Assembly: GCA_964486505.1 (NCBI GenBank)
Contig: CAZAMC010000003.1
Coordinates: 19,505 to 83,504 of the forward strand
Direction: 5' to 3'
DNA from: an uncultured Gammaproteobacteria bacterium
GTDB lineage: Bacteria > Patescibacteriota > Patescibacteriia > PEXW01
Length of the DNA: 64,000 nucleotides
A program made the translations under genes and the position numbers. How positions within the stretch are numbered: the first letter of the stretch is position 1; the number at the start of each line of letters is the position of its first letter. Of this stretch, positions 41,665 through 52,100 are shown one piece after another. The notes under the pieces were generated by a model that was not told the origin of the DNA, ran no database searches, and worked only from the letters and a program-made list of their open reading frames with translations.

Positions 41665-42741
41665 CTAGCTCCGGTTCGCAATCGAACGAATGTTGGCCGG
41701 GTCCACGGCCATCGCCTCGGCATCGGCGAGCTGAATGTCGCCCGTGCGCACGTACTCCGCGAGCGAGCGATCCAAGGAAATTGCTCCCTCTTCACGTGCC
41801 GTTTGCACGGCGTTGGCGAGCTGGAGGAACTGGCCATCCCGCACGAGTGCCCGCAGGCCGGTGGTGGGAGTGAGGACCCCACAGACGAGAATGCGCCCCC
41901 CACCCATGCGCGGCACCAGCCGCTGGTTGAGGATGCCAATGAGGGATTCGGCCAGGTGTTTGCGCGCCCACGCCTGCTCATCACTGGGGAAGGCGGCGGT
42001 GAGGAGTTCCAGGGCCTGCACAGAGGAGTCGGTGGTCATGGAGGCAATGACGAGCCGGCCGCTGTGTACCGCCCGCACGCACGCCTGCATGCTCGCCGCA
42101 TCCTCAAGCTCGCTCACCACGAGCACGTCCACATCTTCGCGGTCAGCCCCCGCAATGCCCGCGGCGGTCGTGGGGACGTCCGACCCAACTTCCCGCTGCT
42201 CAATGATGCTCTTCTCACTAGAAAACAAAAACTCAATCGGCCGTTCAATGGTCACCAGGTGTGCCGCCCGCTTGTGGTTAATGCTATTCACCATGGCGGC
42301 CATGGTCGTGGTGCGACCAGAACCGTAAGGGCCCACCAAGAGCACGAGGCCGTGTGTACTCTGGGCATACTGCTCGACAACCGCGGGCAATCCCAGGTCT
42401 TGAATTGTTGGAATTGCATCCGGGATGTACCGCAGGTCGAGGGAGAGATTCCCCTTCTGGTACTTGGCCACCAGCCGGAAACGGAGCTTCCCTTCCAGCG
42501 TCAAGGTGGTACGCAAGTCCCGTTCCCGCTCCAACGCCTCCCGCTGAGCCGGGCTGAGGATTGCTTCAACGTAGGCACGGAGCAGGTCCACGCTCAACGG
42601 CGCTTCTTGTTCCAACGTTAAAAGTTTGCCGTCGACGCGAAAGACGGGCGGGCTGCCCGCAAGCAAATGCACATCCGACGCCCGATACTGGGTGGCTTGA
42701 ATGAGGATGCGCGAGATTGCTTGTTGCTCAGAGGTAAGCAT
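41665..42741 (-). CDS. pilT: PilT-like retraction ATPase homolog with degenerate Walker A (GPYGSGRTTT) and His-box
   Basis: PilT fold and size (358 aa). The P-loop Lys is replaced by Arg. The canonical His-box (…TGHLVF.TLHT…) reads SGRLVIASMTT. Confidence 0.75.
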   Translation of the reverse strand: MLTSEQQAISRILIQATQYRASDVHLLAGSPPVFRVDGKLLTLEQEAPLSVDLLRAYVEAILSPAQREALERERDLRTTLTLEGKLRFRLVAKYQKGNLSLDLRYIPDAIPTIQDLGLPAVVEQYAQSTHGLVLLVGPYGSGRTTTMAAMVNSINHKRAAHLVTIERPIEFLFSSEKSIIEQREVGSDVPTTAAGIAGADREDVDVLVVSELEDAASMQACVRAVHSGRLVIASMTTDSSVQALELLTAAFPSDEQAWARKHLAESLIGILNQRLVPRMGGGRILVCGVLTPTTGLRALVRDGQFLQLANAVQTAREEGAISLDRSLAEYVRTGDIQLADAEAMAVDPANIRSIANRS

Positions 42742-42775
42742 GGTCGAGGGGTAGGCGGGCGACGAGGTTCCAGCG

Positions 42776-43195
42776 TTACTTCACCAGACGCTTTACTTTT
42801 GCCACAACTTCCGAGGGCATGAAGTGGGCTTTAATAAGGTAGTCGGTAGCGCCTAGTGCAAAACCCTTCTGCACGTCTTCCTTCTGGCCCAGGTTAGTGA
42901 GGAGTACCACTGTGGTGGCCTTTGTCTGAGGGTCTGCCTTTACTTCTTTCAAAACATCGAAGCCACTCTTCTTGGGTAAGACGACGTCCAGTAGCATGAG
43001 CTGGGGCTGCTCCCGTTTGGCAAGAACCAGCGCTTGTTCGCCGTCACTCGCGAGCACAACACGAAAGCCCTCGAGCTCGAGCTTTGTTACGTACATACCG
43101 GCCAAAAAGGTATCATCCTCAACGAGGAGAATTGTGCGCTTGCGGCTCTTTTCGGCCGGGCGCGAGGCGCCATTCTTCTTCAGTGCTTGGGGCAT
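42776..43195 (-). CDS. Single-domain response regulator (REC only; PilH/PilG-like position)
   Basis: LLVEDD, LMLLDVVLP, TNLGQKEDVQKG..ATDYLIK. Sits between pilT and pilB. Confidence 0.8.
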   Translation of the reverse strand: MPQALKKNGASRPAEKSRKRTILLVEDDTFLAGMYVTKLELEGFRVVLASDGEQALVLAKREQPQLMLLDVVLPKKSGFDVLKEVKADPQTKATTVVLLTNLGQKEDVQKGFALGATDYLIKAHFMPSEVVAKVKRLVK

Positions 43196-43207
43196 AAGGT
43201 GGGATTA

Positions 43208-44971
43208 TTACTCTTGCGTAGCGCGCAAAACTTCTTCAACGGTGGTCATCCCCAACGTGGCCTTCACAAAACCATCTTGCTGCATGGTGATGACGCCCTG
43301 CCGCTTCGCTTCGGCTTTAATGTCGGCGAGCTTCGAACCGCTGGTGATGATTTGCTGGAGCTGATCGGTAACCTCAATGACCTCGGCCACGACCAAGCGG
43401 CCTTTGTACCCGCTGTTCCCGCAGCGCGTGCAGCCTTTCCCGTGCATGAACTGCATCTTATTTTCTAGAGAGAAGTCCTTCGGGAGCGCTTGAACTGGGG
43501 CGGTGCGGAGCGAATCTATAACTTCTTGCTGTGTGGATTTCGGAATCTCCTGTGGTTCTTTGCAGTACTCACAAATGCGGCGCACCAGACGTTGGGCAAT
43601 AATTGTAGAAAGTGAGGAGGCAATGAGGAACGGTTCCACTTTCATATCTATGAGGCGCGGAATGGCCCCAAAGGCATCGTTGGTGTGGAGGGTGGAGAAC
43701 ACCAAGTGACCAGTGAGGGCGGCGTTGACGGCGAGCTCCGCCGTCTCGGTATCGCGAATTTCACCAACCATGACCACGTCGGGGTCTTGGCGCAGGATAG
43801 AACGCAGGCCGTTGGCAAAGGTGAGCCCGACTTCCGGGTTAATCTGGCTCTGGTTCACGCCTTCCATGTGGTACTCCACCGGATCTTCCAGGGTGACGAT
43901 GTTAATGTCTTCCGTGTTAATCATGCCCAGCAGCGTGTACAGCGTGGTCGACTTACCCGAGCCAGTGGGGCCCGTGCTGAGCACCATGCCCTGGGTGGAA
44001 TCGAGCGACTTCACCAGAACCTCTTTTTCGCGGGCAATGAAGCCCAGGTCGTCCAGATTCAGCTTCTTGGCCGATGAGTCAAGAATACGCATGACGACCT
44101 TCTCATTGTTCATGAGCGGCAAGGTGGAAACGCGTAGGTCAATGGACTTGCCGTCAACTTCGGTGTGGAAGCGTCCGTCTTGCGGCAGACGAGTTTCATC
44201 CAGCTTGAGGTTAGAGATGACCTTAATGCGCGCTACGATAGCGGCGTGCACGTACGGCGGAAGCTTAATGGAAGTATGAAGGATGCCATCAACACGGTAG
44301 CGGACGCGCGAGCCTTCGGCCGTTGGCTCAACGTGGATATCGGAGGCGCTGCCTTCAATGGCGTGGCGCAGAATAACCGCCACCATTTTCGAGACCGGCG
44401 CCGTCTTAATGACTTCCTCAATGCCCTTATCGGCTAAGCTAATCTCATCAAGGGGGCTCGTGGTTGGCTTCTCCGTGGGGGTGGCGGCTTCCAGCGCTTC
44501 CTGCACTTCAGCGGTGAGACTGGCGTACTGTTTGAGTATGCTGGTGATGGCCGAGGCAGACGCAATGTGGTACTTGAGCACAAAGTTCCGGTTCCGAGCC
44601 AGGAACTCCACCGCTTCCAACGCCCGGAAGTTGGTCGGGTCAACCAGAGCTATGCTCAACTCGTGCCCATCCTTAGCAAAAGCGACGAGCTGGTAGTTCT
44701 TCGCGAGGTCCCGCGGAATAATGTTCAGGAGGTCGGGCGAAATGACGCGGCCTTGGAGATCGATGTACGGGATTTGAAATACCTCGGCGCGGGCTTGGGC
44801 GATACTGTCGTCACGGACATAGCCTTGTTTTTCAAGTATCTCAAGAACCGAGACATGCTTCGCCCGTGCTTCCCGCTGGGCAATATCCAACTGCTCACGC
44901 GAAATGGCTTTCTGTTCTAGCAGAACAGCCGCGATGTCGCGCAGGGGTGTTTGTTGCACAGCAGTGGTCAT
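43208..44971 (-). CDS. pilB: Type IV pilus assembly ATPase PilB (GspE family)
   Basis: N-terminal GSPII_E_N domain; Walker A GPTGSGKSTT; tetra-Cys CEYC...CTRC. Confidence 0.9.
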   Translation of the reverse strand: MTTAVQQTPLRDIAAVLLEQKAISREQLDIAQREARAKHVSVLEILEKQGYVRDDSIAQARAEVFQIPYIDLQGRVISPDLLNIIPRDLAKNYQLVAFAKDGHELSIALVDPTNFRALEAVEFLARNRNFVLKYHIASASAITSILKQYASLTAEVQEALEAATPTEKPTTSPLDEISLADKGIEEVIKTAPVSKMVAVILRHAIEGSASDIHVEPTAEGSRVRYRVDGILHTSIKLPPYVHAAIVARIKVISNLKLDETRLPQDGRFHTEVDGKSIDLRVSTLPLMNNEKVVMRILDSSAKKLNLDDLGFIAREKEVLVKSLDSTQGMVLSTGPTGSGKSTTLYTLLGMINTEDINIVTLEDPVEYHMEGVNQSQINPEVGLTFANGLRSILRQDPDVVMVGEIRDTETAELAVNAALTGHLVFSTLHTNDAFGAIPRLIDMKVEPFLIASSLSTIIAQRLVRRICEYCKEPQEIPKSTQQEVIDSLRTAPVQALPKDFSLENKMQFMHGKGCTRCGNSGYKGRLVVAEVIEVTDQLQQIITSGSKLADIKAEAKRQGVITMQQDGFVKATLGMTTVEEVLRATQE

Positions 44972-46152
44972 AGGGCGATGAAGGGGTTCGCCCGACCGGG
45001 TACGGATAAATCTTGAGTTGTCGATCGATTTCCCGCATTGTCAACAGCCACGACGGTGTAGTACGCCGTCGCGCCCGCCACGACTTCGGTATCTTCAAAG
45101 CACAAGGTTTTTGCGCATTCAGTGCCAGTCAATTGCGCTGCATCCTGAAGTTGAACCAGGTCTTTCACAAGCTTCGACGCTACTAAAGCGCCAAGATTCA
45201 TGGCCTGGTTCGAGCGGAAAATGCGGTACTCCACGACATCGGCAGACGAGGACGGCTCCCAGGTTACCCGCATGCGCGGCTGGGCGCTATTCGTTGTATC
45301 GAGGATCGCCCGCACTCCATCGGGCGGGTTCGGTGCGGTTGTGTCCGTTGCGAGCACGCTCACTGTGGCGGGCGTACCACTCCCCGTTGCGCCCACCCAG
45401 CGGAATGTGTAGAAGTGCAGTCCCGCCCGACCGCTCGCATCTTCAAACGTGCTGCCGTCGGTGCCCAACCGGGCTACCCGGGCCCCGAGGACCCCCACTT
45501 CTGCCGACCGGTACACTTCAACGTTCTCAAATTCGCCATTCGGTTTCCCATACTGCAGGGTCACACCATTGTCATCGGCGCGTGTGACACTCACCAATCC
45601 GCCCACCGAACCCGCCGCGGCAGACACCTGTGGCGACTCTTGGAGTATCGATTGTTGAATGTAAACTACTTCGTAGGTAATGCGCGTGCCTGTTGGCGCC
45701 TCACGGAAGACGTAGGTCGTTGACGGCACCGGTAAGGTTGCCAAATTCTTGCGTTCTTCACTCCCCACAATCTGGTTCACCCGCACGAGCGTCGCTCGAG
45801 TCTCGTCCGTTGGGCGTTCCCACGTGAGGAGCACGGCGCTCCCGGTTTGCATGTCAAACCCCTGCAGTGATTTTGGTGGGAGCAGCAGTTCCGATGGACG
45901 ACTTGCCGAGGCCTGCGTAATGAGGGCCGTCCCCTGCTTGGGCACAAGGCCGTAGAAACGGCTATCACTGAAGAGATCTTGTCCAAAATCAGTGGGTACG
46001 GTTTTCTTCGCTGGCGCTTGCGTAACCCCCACCGGCTCCGCCCCGCTGAAAAAATTCACGTACACAACGTACCCTGCTAGAAGTGCAAGGGCCACGCCGC
46101 CCCCAATGAGGAGGTAGCGAATGCGATTTGGGGCTTGTTTTTGGACGAGCAT
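44968..46152 (-). CDS. Single-pass membrane protein with two fibronectin type III-like domains (possible PilP/Q-replacing component)
   Basis: N-terminal TM, then VLLTWERPTD... and MRVTWEPSSSADVVEYRIFRS...YYTVVAVDNAGNRS FN3 signatures. Confidence 0.5.
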   Translation of the reverse strand: MLVQKQAPNRIRYLLIGGGVALALLAGYVVYVNFFSGAEPVGVTQAPAKKTVPTDFGQDLFSDSRFYGLVPKQGTALITQASASRPSELLLPPKSLQGFDMQTGSAVLLTWERPTDETRATLVRVNQIVGSEERKNLATLPVPSTTYVFREAPTGTRITYEVVYIQQSILQESPQVSAAAGSVGGLVSVTRADDNGVTLQYGKPNGEFENVEVYRSAEVGVLGARVARLGTDGSTFEDASGRAGLHFYTFRWVGATGSGTPATVSVLATDTTAPNPPDGVRAILDTTNSAQPRMRVTWEPSSSADVVEYRIFRSNQAMNLGALVASKLVKDLVQLQDAAQLTGTECAKTLCFEDTEVVAGATAYYTVVAVDNAGNRSTTQDLSVPGRANPFIAL

Positions 46153-46155
46153 ACG

Positions 46156-46752
46156 TTACTGCTGGAGGTAGTAGCTACGGAAAGAAAAGCTGTACGACGT
46201 GGGGGTAGACCCGCTGGAAGGCGTGTGTGAAATTGCCGTGAGATCCAAGAGGGGGGCTTGCCGGGATACTACATCGAGGAAATTCTTTAATTGGGTATAG
46301 TTCAACTGACCACCCAGAATGACGGAGACGGTAAGGGTGTGAACATTGCTCGCCGTTGCTTGCTCGGCAGTTGAAGCGATAACCGCCCCATCGGCAACGG
46401 ATACCGAGAGGAGCTCCATGCTTGCCTCGCGGGCAAAGGCTTGCATTTGCCGGAAAATACCAGGCACATCTTTGCCCTTAGGCAACACCGCATCCAGGCG
46501 CGCGAGGTCATCGTTCGAGATGGTGCGGAGTTCAGCCCGAAGCGCCTGCAGATCTTTCAGGTATTCCTCTTGCACTTTCAGTGTCTCAAGCTTCTGGTTG
46601 TAATTCAGCCCACCTAATTCTTTCACGGTCCGGTACCGCGGCACAATAATGGTGTAGGCGCCAATGATGAGCACGAGCACGGCAACAACAGCGCCAACTG
46701 CCAAAATGTGGCGGAGGAGGAAGCGGGTAATGCTGGTGAGAGACAAGCGCAT
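46156..46752 (-). CDS. pilO: PilO-like inner-membrane pilus alignment protein
   Basis: N-terminal TM plus coiled coil plus ferredoxin-like C-terminus; position after pilN. Confidence 0.6.
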   Translation of the reverse strand: MRLSLTSITRFLLRHILAVGAVVAVLVLIIGAYTIIVPRYRTVKELGGLNYNQKLETLKVQEEYLKDLQALRAELRTISNDDLARLDAVLPKGKDVPGIFRQMQAFAREASMELLSVSVADGAVIASTAEQATASNVHTLTVSVILGGQLNYTQLKNFLDVVSRQAPLLDLTAISHTPSSGSTPTSYSFSFRSYYLQQ

Positions 46753-46754
46753 GG

Positions 46755-48035
46755 TTAGCGGTAGAAAATCGTTGGTACGACGTGCATGGAAATAGAGAAC
46801 GTCACCAGCGGCTCAGCAGTTGGTGCAGTTTGGCCTGGAGGGGTAGCAGAGGGGGAACCGCCTGTAGACTGGGTGGATCGGGTAGCGGTGGAAATCGTTA
46901 CATCGGTAATGAAATCGGTGGCACGCTGGAACGTGAGCAGCTGGTCGCCCACATCATTAAAGGACTTCGCGGTGGCATTGAGGGTAACGGTACCGGAAAT
47001 GTCTACTGACATGCTGGAGTACGCCACATTCGGCAGGGTTACCGCTTCCAGCCGCTTGAAGAACTCGTCCCAGTAGACGTGCTGGCTCAGCAAGGTACGC
47101 ACATCATTTGCGCGTTGCTTCAAGACGAGCGCATCTTGGAGATCAACAGTTTCATATTCCCGAGCCGCGTGCAGGGCTTGCTGGTACTGTTCGTCAACAC
47201 GCTGCACTTTGTTCTCTAAGTTTCTTTGGTAGAAGTAAAGTCCCAAGCTCACCGCCGTCACGAGGAGGATTGCGCTCCCCACGGTGATGAGCGCAAAGAG
47301 GCGATTGCGAGGGGAAACTTCCGGCTGAAATTCTTCCGGGACCAAGTTGACATTTAATCCTTGCCCCAGGACGGGCGCGCCATTGGTCGCGGCCGGCGCC
47401 ACTTCCGGACGAGCTGGAGCAACAGATTTTCGTACCGGCTGGAATGCCGGTGGGGGTGGCGGTGCAGGTACGACGGGGACAGACGGGCGTTGCACCGGGG
47501 CCACCGGAGGCAGCGGTTTTACGGCCGGTGGAGGAGGCGGTGGCGGTGGGGCCCAAACTTGTCGTTTCGGTTCTGGTCTAACTGGCGCCGTCGGTGCCGG
47601 TGGGGGTGGAGGGGGAGGAACAGCGGCCCGGGGGGTTACGCCTGGTGCATCCGGCCGGGATGCAGAAGCTGCAGACTTTGAAAACAAGCGCGTGAAAAAG
47701 CTCGCGTCGGTTTCTGTCGGCCTGGGTTGCGTCGGTAACCGATCACTCATCGTCTCCAGGCGAGTGACTAGCCCAACGGGTGCGGCAGGATGGGGGATCT
47801 TCGGGGCAGGTGGCGGAGGTGGTGGCGCCGCAGGCTTCGCTTTGGCTGGCAACTTCGGGGCACGTTTAAAAATTCGCTTGAAGAATTCTAGCACTCCACC
47901 CACTCGAACAACGCGCTCCTGGAAGACCCGGTCATCCGGTTTGGTCATTTCCACAAGCTGCTCAGGCTGAGCGGGTTTATCACCGCGCTTCAGCTGCTTG
48001 TCTTTGGTCGGGAGTAAATTAATGTTGGATTCCAT
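46755..48035 (-). CDS. pilN: PilN-like protein with ~230-aa proline-rich insertion between the INLLP motif and the TM helix
   Basis: MESNINLLPTKDK (PilM-binding motif). Runs of PPPPPPP, three or more. TM LFALITVGSAILLVTAVSLGLYF plus coiled coil. Confidence 0.65.
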   Translation of the reverse strand: MESNINLLPTKDKQLKRGDKPAQPEQLVEMTKPDDRVFQERVVRVGGVLEFFKRIFKRAPKLPAKAKPAAPPPPPPAPKIPHPAAPVGLVTRLETMSDRLPTQPRPTETDASFFTRLFSKSAASASRPDAPGVTPRAAVPPPPPPPAPTAPVRPEPKRQVWAPPPPPPPPAVKPLPPVAPVQRPSVPVVPAPPPPPAFQPVRKSVAPARPEVAPAATNGAPVLGQGLNVNLVPEEFQPEVSPRNRLFALITVGSAILLVTAVSLGLYFYQRNLENKVQRVDEQYQQALHAAREYETVDLQDALVLKQRANDVRTLLSQHVYWDEFFKRLEAVTLPNVAYSSMSVDISGTVTLNATAKSFNDVGDQLLTFQRATDFITDVTISTATRSTQSTGGSPSATPPGQTAPTAEPLVTFSISMHVVPTIFYR

Positions 48036-48043
48036 ACCTGGGC

Positions 48044-49156
48044 CTACGCACTAAGTTGACGGAGACCAAGACCAACGGCCACGGCGAAACGCGGGCCAAT
48101 TTCATTCCATACCGGCTTCAGTTCCACGGGGTACGAAATACGGGCCCAGGGATCACCAATGTAGGTCCGGATGTTGAGGAGTTTTGTGAAGTACTCTGGC
48201 AAATTTGTGAGGAACGCCGACCCACCCGCGAGAATAATTTTATCAATGCTCCGGCCTGTGCCTTGGTTTTGGAACAGGTTCAGCACGTACCGAATTTCGT
48301 TGGTTATTGAATTCACCACGAATTCGATGGCTTTGGGGATGTTGCTATCTGCAGCACCCTGGGTGGAAATGAAGAAGTCCCGCTTGAATTGCTCGGCGCG
48401 ATCATTGCTCACGCGCAACGTACTGGCAATGGTCTTGGTAATTGTGTCGCCCCCAACATCAATAGAGCGCGTAAGCATGGGGATGCCCTCGCTGAACACC
48501 ACAATGTCAGTGGCCACCGCCCCAATGTCCACAATCATGATCGGTGCCCGATCGTGGCCAATGAGTGAACGCTCCAGGGCAAATGCTTCGGTTTCCAGGG
48601 CCACCAGCTGCAAATCAGCGGCTTTGAATATCTCCATGTACCGCTGGACTAGGTTCTTCGGCGCCGCGGTCAGCAACACTTTCATGTCCTTTGTAGCCGC
48701 CTTACTCTCATCCGCTTTCGGCTCGGGTGGCCGAGCAACGTTGGCACCGGCAACTTTTGCGGCCAGCGTGTCGTCCTTCAGCACCTCCCAGTCCAGAATC
48801 ATTTCATCCACAGGCATGGGGACGAACTTCTTCGCCTCCCACTTCACGGCGGACATCAGCTCCTTCTTGGACATCTGCGGCAGCGAGATGATTGAACTGA
48901 ATACCGTAAAGCTCGGCAGCGAGGTTACCGCTAGACGGGAAGTTGTCCGTGACGCTTTCACAACTTGCTTCAGCGCATCTACAATGGCTCGCATTTCGTC
49001 GGCCACGCTGTTCTTCAAGAGGTCGCTGCGCTTCTCGGCAAAACCATAGGTCACCAACGTTGGCCGCCCATTATCTGACCGTAATTCGACAGCCTTAATT
49101 GAAGAGCCGCCAATATCGACGCCGAGGAAACTTTGCTTTGAAGAAAAGAGGGGCAT
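48044..49156 (-). CDS. pilM: PilM (actin-like ATPase)
   Basis: FLGVDIGGSSIKAVEL N-terminal motif; 370 aa. Confidence 0.8.
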   Translation of the reverse strand: MPLFSSKQSFLGVDIGGSSIKAVELRSDNGRPTLVTYGFAEKRSDLLKNSVADEMRAIVDALKQVVKASRTTSRLAVTSLPSFTVFSSIISLPQMSKKELMSAVKWEAKKFVPMPVDEMILDWEVLKDDTLAAKVAGANVARPPEPKADESKAATKDMKVLLTAAPKNLVQRYMEIFKAADLQLVALETEAFALERSLIGHDRAPIMIVDIGAVATDIVVFSEGIPMLTRSIDVGGDTITKTIASTLRVSNDRAEQFKRDFFISTQGAADSNIPKAIEFVVNSITNEIRYVLNLFQNQGTGRSIDKIILAGGSAFLTNLPEYFTKLLNIRTYIGDPWARISYPVELKPVWNEIGPRFAVAVGLGLRQLSA

Positions 49157-49163
49157 GGGGAAT

Positions 49164-52100
49164 TTATGGCAATTCTCGGGTAGGATTGGGCAGCGCTTTC
49201 GTTACATCCTCTAGGCCGGGGGGCGGATTCAGGAAGAGCCGCTGGTCAAACGTTACCTGCTCCGCCGGCTCGTCAATCGTGTCGAGTGCGCCCGTGCGGG
49301 TAAAGTTGAACTTCCGGGCAAAGAGGAGGCCTTCAATGGTAAGTGGATTGCACTTCTTATCGGTGCCCCCGCAGAAAGCGGCATCAGCATCGTTCCCAGT
49401 ATCAAAGGCGCCACCACACCCATCGAAGCCGTACTCAGAAGCGGTGCACGCTGCCGATGGAGTATCGGCATTGAGGTCAGGATCTTTTGACGAGTCCCGG
49501 CCGATAACAATGAAGGCGCCGGTAATGCGATTGACCTCTTTCGCAATGCTCACGTTCCCCCGCACTATGAATGCCGCCGCCATAGAATCCCGTATGGAAG
49601 CGGGGGTAACCGCTGCAAGGTCAAGGTCTTTGGTAGGATCTGAGGCAATGATATTATAATGAATTTTTAGATCACCGTCCACTACGAACGTGATGTTCCG
49701 CGGCAAGGTTTGGCCAACTGTATAGGGCATGCGCCACACCCAACGGATAGTAGTGCCTAAGGGGTGATCACTCGCGGTATAGGGGTTCCCGCTTATGGTT
49801 CGTACACCGGTTAACTGATTCCCACTCTTACCGGTGTAGCTCAAGTACTCTTCTTTCCCGCTGCCCGTGCCAAGAATTACGGTGCCAGACAAGGGGTACG
49901 TGGCACTTGGGGTTGGGAAATTGGCTGCTGAGGCCAGCGTGAGCGTGCCCCCAGCGCCATTAATCGCTGCCCGCTGCCCACTGACCGCCACCGTGAGCGT
50001 TGAGGCCGCAATATTGGCCTCATTCGGGTCGTGCCCAATGGTCAAGTCGCCTTGGATGTGCACAACTTGGTTCTCAATAGCATCCAACGGGATGTCCGGA
50101 GGCGAACCACCACCCCCTGGCGGGGTATACGCAAACTGACCCGCCAGCTCATTCACGGTCCAGTCCACGGGCGTTGTGCCATTCTTGGTGGTCACGAAGA
50201 TTTTTTGGCCAAAACGGTTTGTAGAACGTTGGTAATCTTTTGTACCCAGAATGTCATTGTATGGGGCGAGCCCCGTCACATCTTTCGTTAGACCACCAAC
50301 GTCAAGTTTGCCAAGAGCATTGCGGTAGGTGGCGGTTGAGGTCTGTACGGACGGGAAACCAAACGTGTTCGGCGCCGAAGCACTATCACGGCCAAAGAGC
50401 TCGGGCGCAGTAGTGCCCAGCGACCGCGAGCAATCGGTATAATTCCCGTCAAACCCACACGCGCTATCCCCGGCAAGCAAATTCTGGAGGAAATCTATGG
50501 AAGCCGAAGAACCTGGTGATACAGACTGGCCCGACGGGTGCGCCAGTGGTTGCAACGTGCCGTTGGTTTCAATGCGATAGGTACTCACGTAACACGCTTC
50601 ATCCCCGTCGCCGTCACCATCCAAGTCGCGGCCGCAGGACGTTAACCGTTCTCCGGTTAAGCGTTGGGCATCGGGCAATTGGAAATTCCCCGCATCGGCG
50701 CCGCCACCGTTGACGTAAATATTCCCGAAGAGCGTTTCTAACCAGGCATACCCCAAGAAGATGAGCGGGTTGAAACGAATCCACCCGTACTCCCCGCTCC
50801 ACGCCCAACCAGAAAGAAGGTAACCATTCCCCGAATAGTACGCATTCACGCCGTAGTCACCGCCTGCTGCGTATACAGGCGTTCCAATAGAGTAATTCCG
50901 AAGAATGTCATTCGTCACCAAATTCAGTACAGGTTCACCAAAAATATCGGTGCCGATGCTTGAGTAGTAGAAGTACTCTTCGCCGATAATGCCAATTTCA
51001 TTCTTCCCGGTAACGACTGGGTCGGGGAAGGTGCTTGCATCAACAACAGGGAGCTGCGAATTCCCTGAAGCATACGCTCGTCGCAGGGTTGAGGTCTTTG
51101 TGGAATCCCGCCAGTAGCCTTGGAAACGCACCCACCCGCCTTCGGCGTCTCGGCACCGGTACGTGCCGCCCCCAATGTCCTGGTAATTGCAGAGATTCAA
51201 GAAACGCCCCCAACCATTGAGCCGTTGGGACGTCTTGTCGTACTTTAACGTAGGGTCACTCGTCAACACGCTGTTGCGATATGCCTGTCCGGGTGGGTTG
51301 CCGTAGTTGTTGTCATCGGTCAGCGGATCGGCATCACCACAGTTGCCCACGGCCCCGCAGTCGTAGGCGCTATGCAGACGGTTGAAGCTTAAAAAACCAG
51401 CATTACTGGACCAGCCAAATCCGCTCGCGGCGTACGTCATGTCTGTTGGCGTGGGGGAAAAGTTAACAGTGGGCGGAGAATTAACCGGCGCCACCGCAAG
51501 ACTAGTGCCGTACGGTGAGCTCCCCGGTGGCGCGCACGCATCCGTGGACTTTGCATTCGCACAGTTCATTGAGAGCCAACCAAAGTTCGATGACCAGCCG
51601 TAGCCATACACGTTACCCCCCGAATTCGCAGTGAAGGCCAACGCTTGCGCACCCACCCGTTCCCACGCCACAGGTGGTAACCCGCTATTCAAGGTCACGG
51701 CTCCTGAAGTTACCGGTGGCATTATCGGCGAGTATGCCTGCCCCGTAACGCCAGTGCTATCATCAAAGACCGCAGTTGTAGACCAGGTATAGGATGCAGG
51801 GGGGACTTGGTCCTCTTTAAAAATTGCCAATCGGTTGGTGGATAAATCGCGCATGGCTAGGTATGCCGAGTTTCCATGGAAACCCACCACCGGTGCCGCG
51901 TACGTACTTGCCCCAATGTACGGAGAAGCGCCAAAGGTTGCGTGGGCTACGCTGTTTGCCTGCTGGCCAATGATAAGTGGAATAGACATCACGCGCACGT
52001 GGTTCTGGTGCGCTTGGTCCTGTGCGTACGTTGTGGATGTGTTGTCGTGCCCTCCTTCATACGCGATAACCAGCCGAGACGAATCGGTGCCGGTGGGCAG

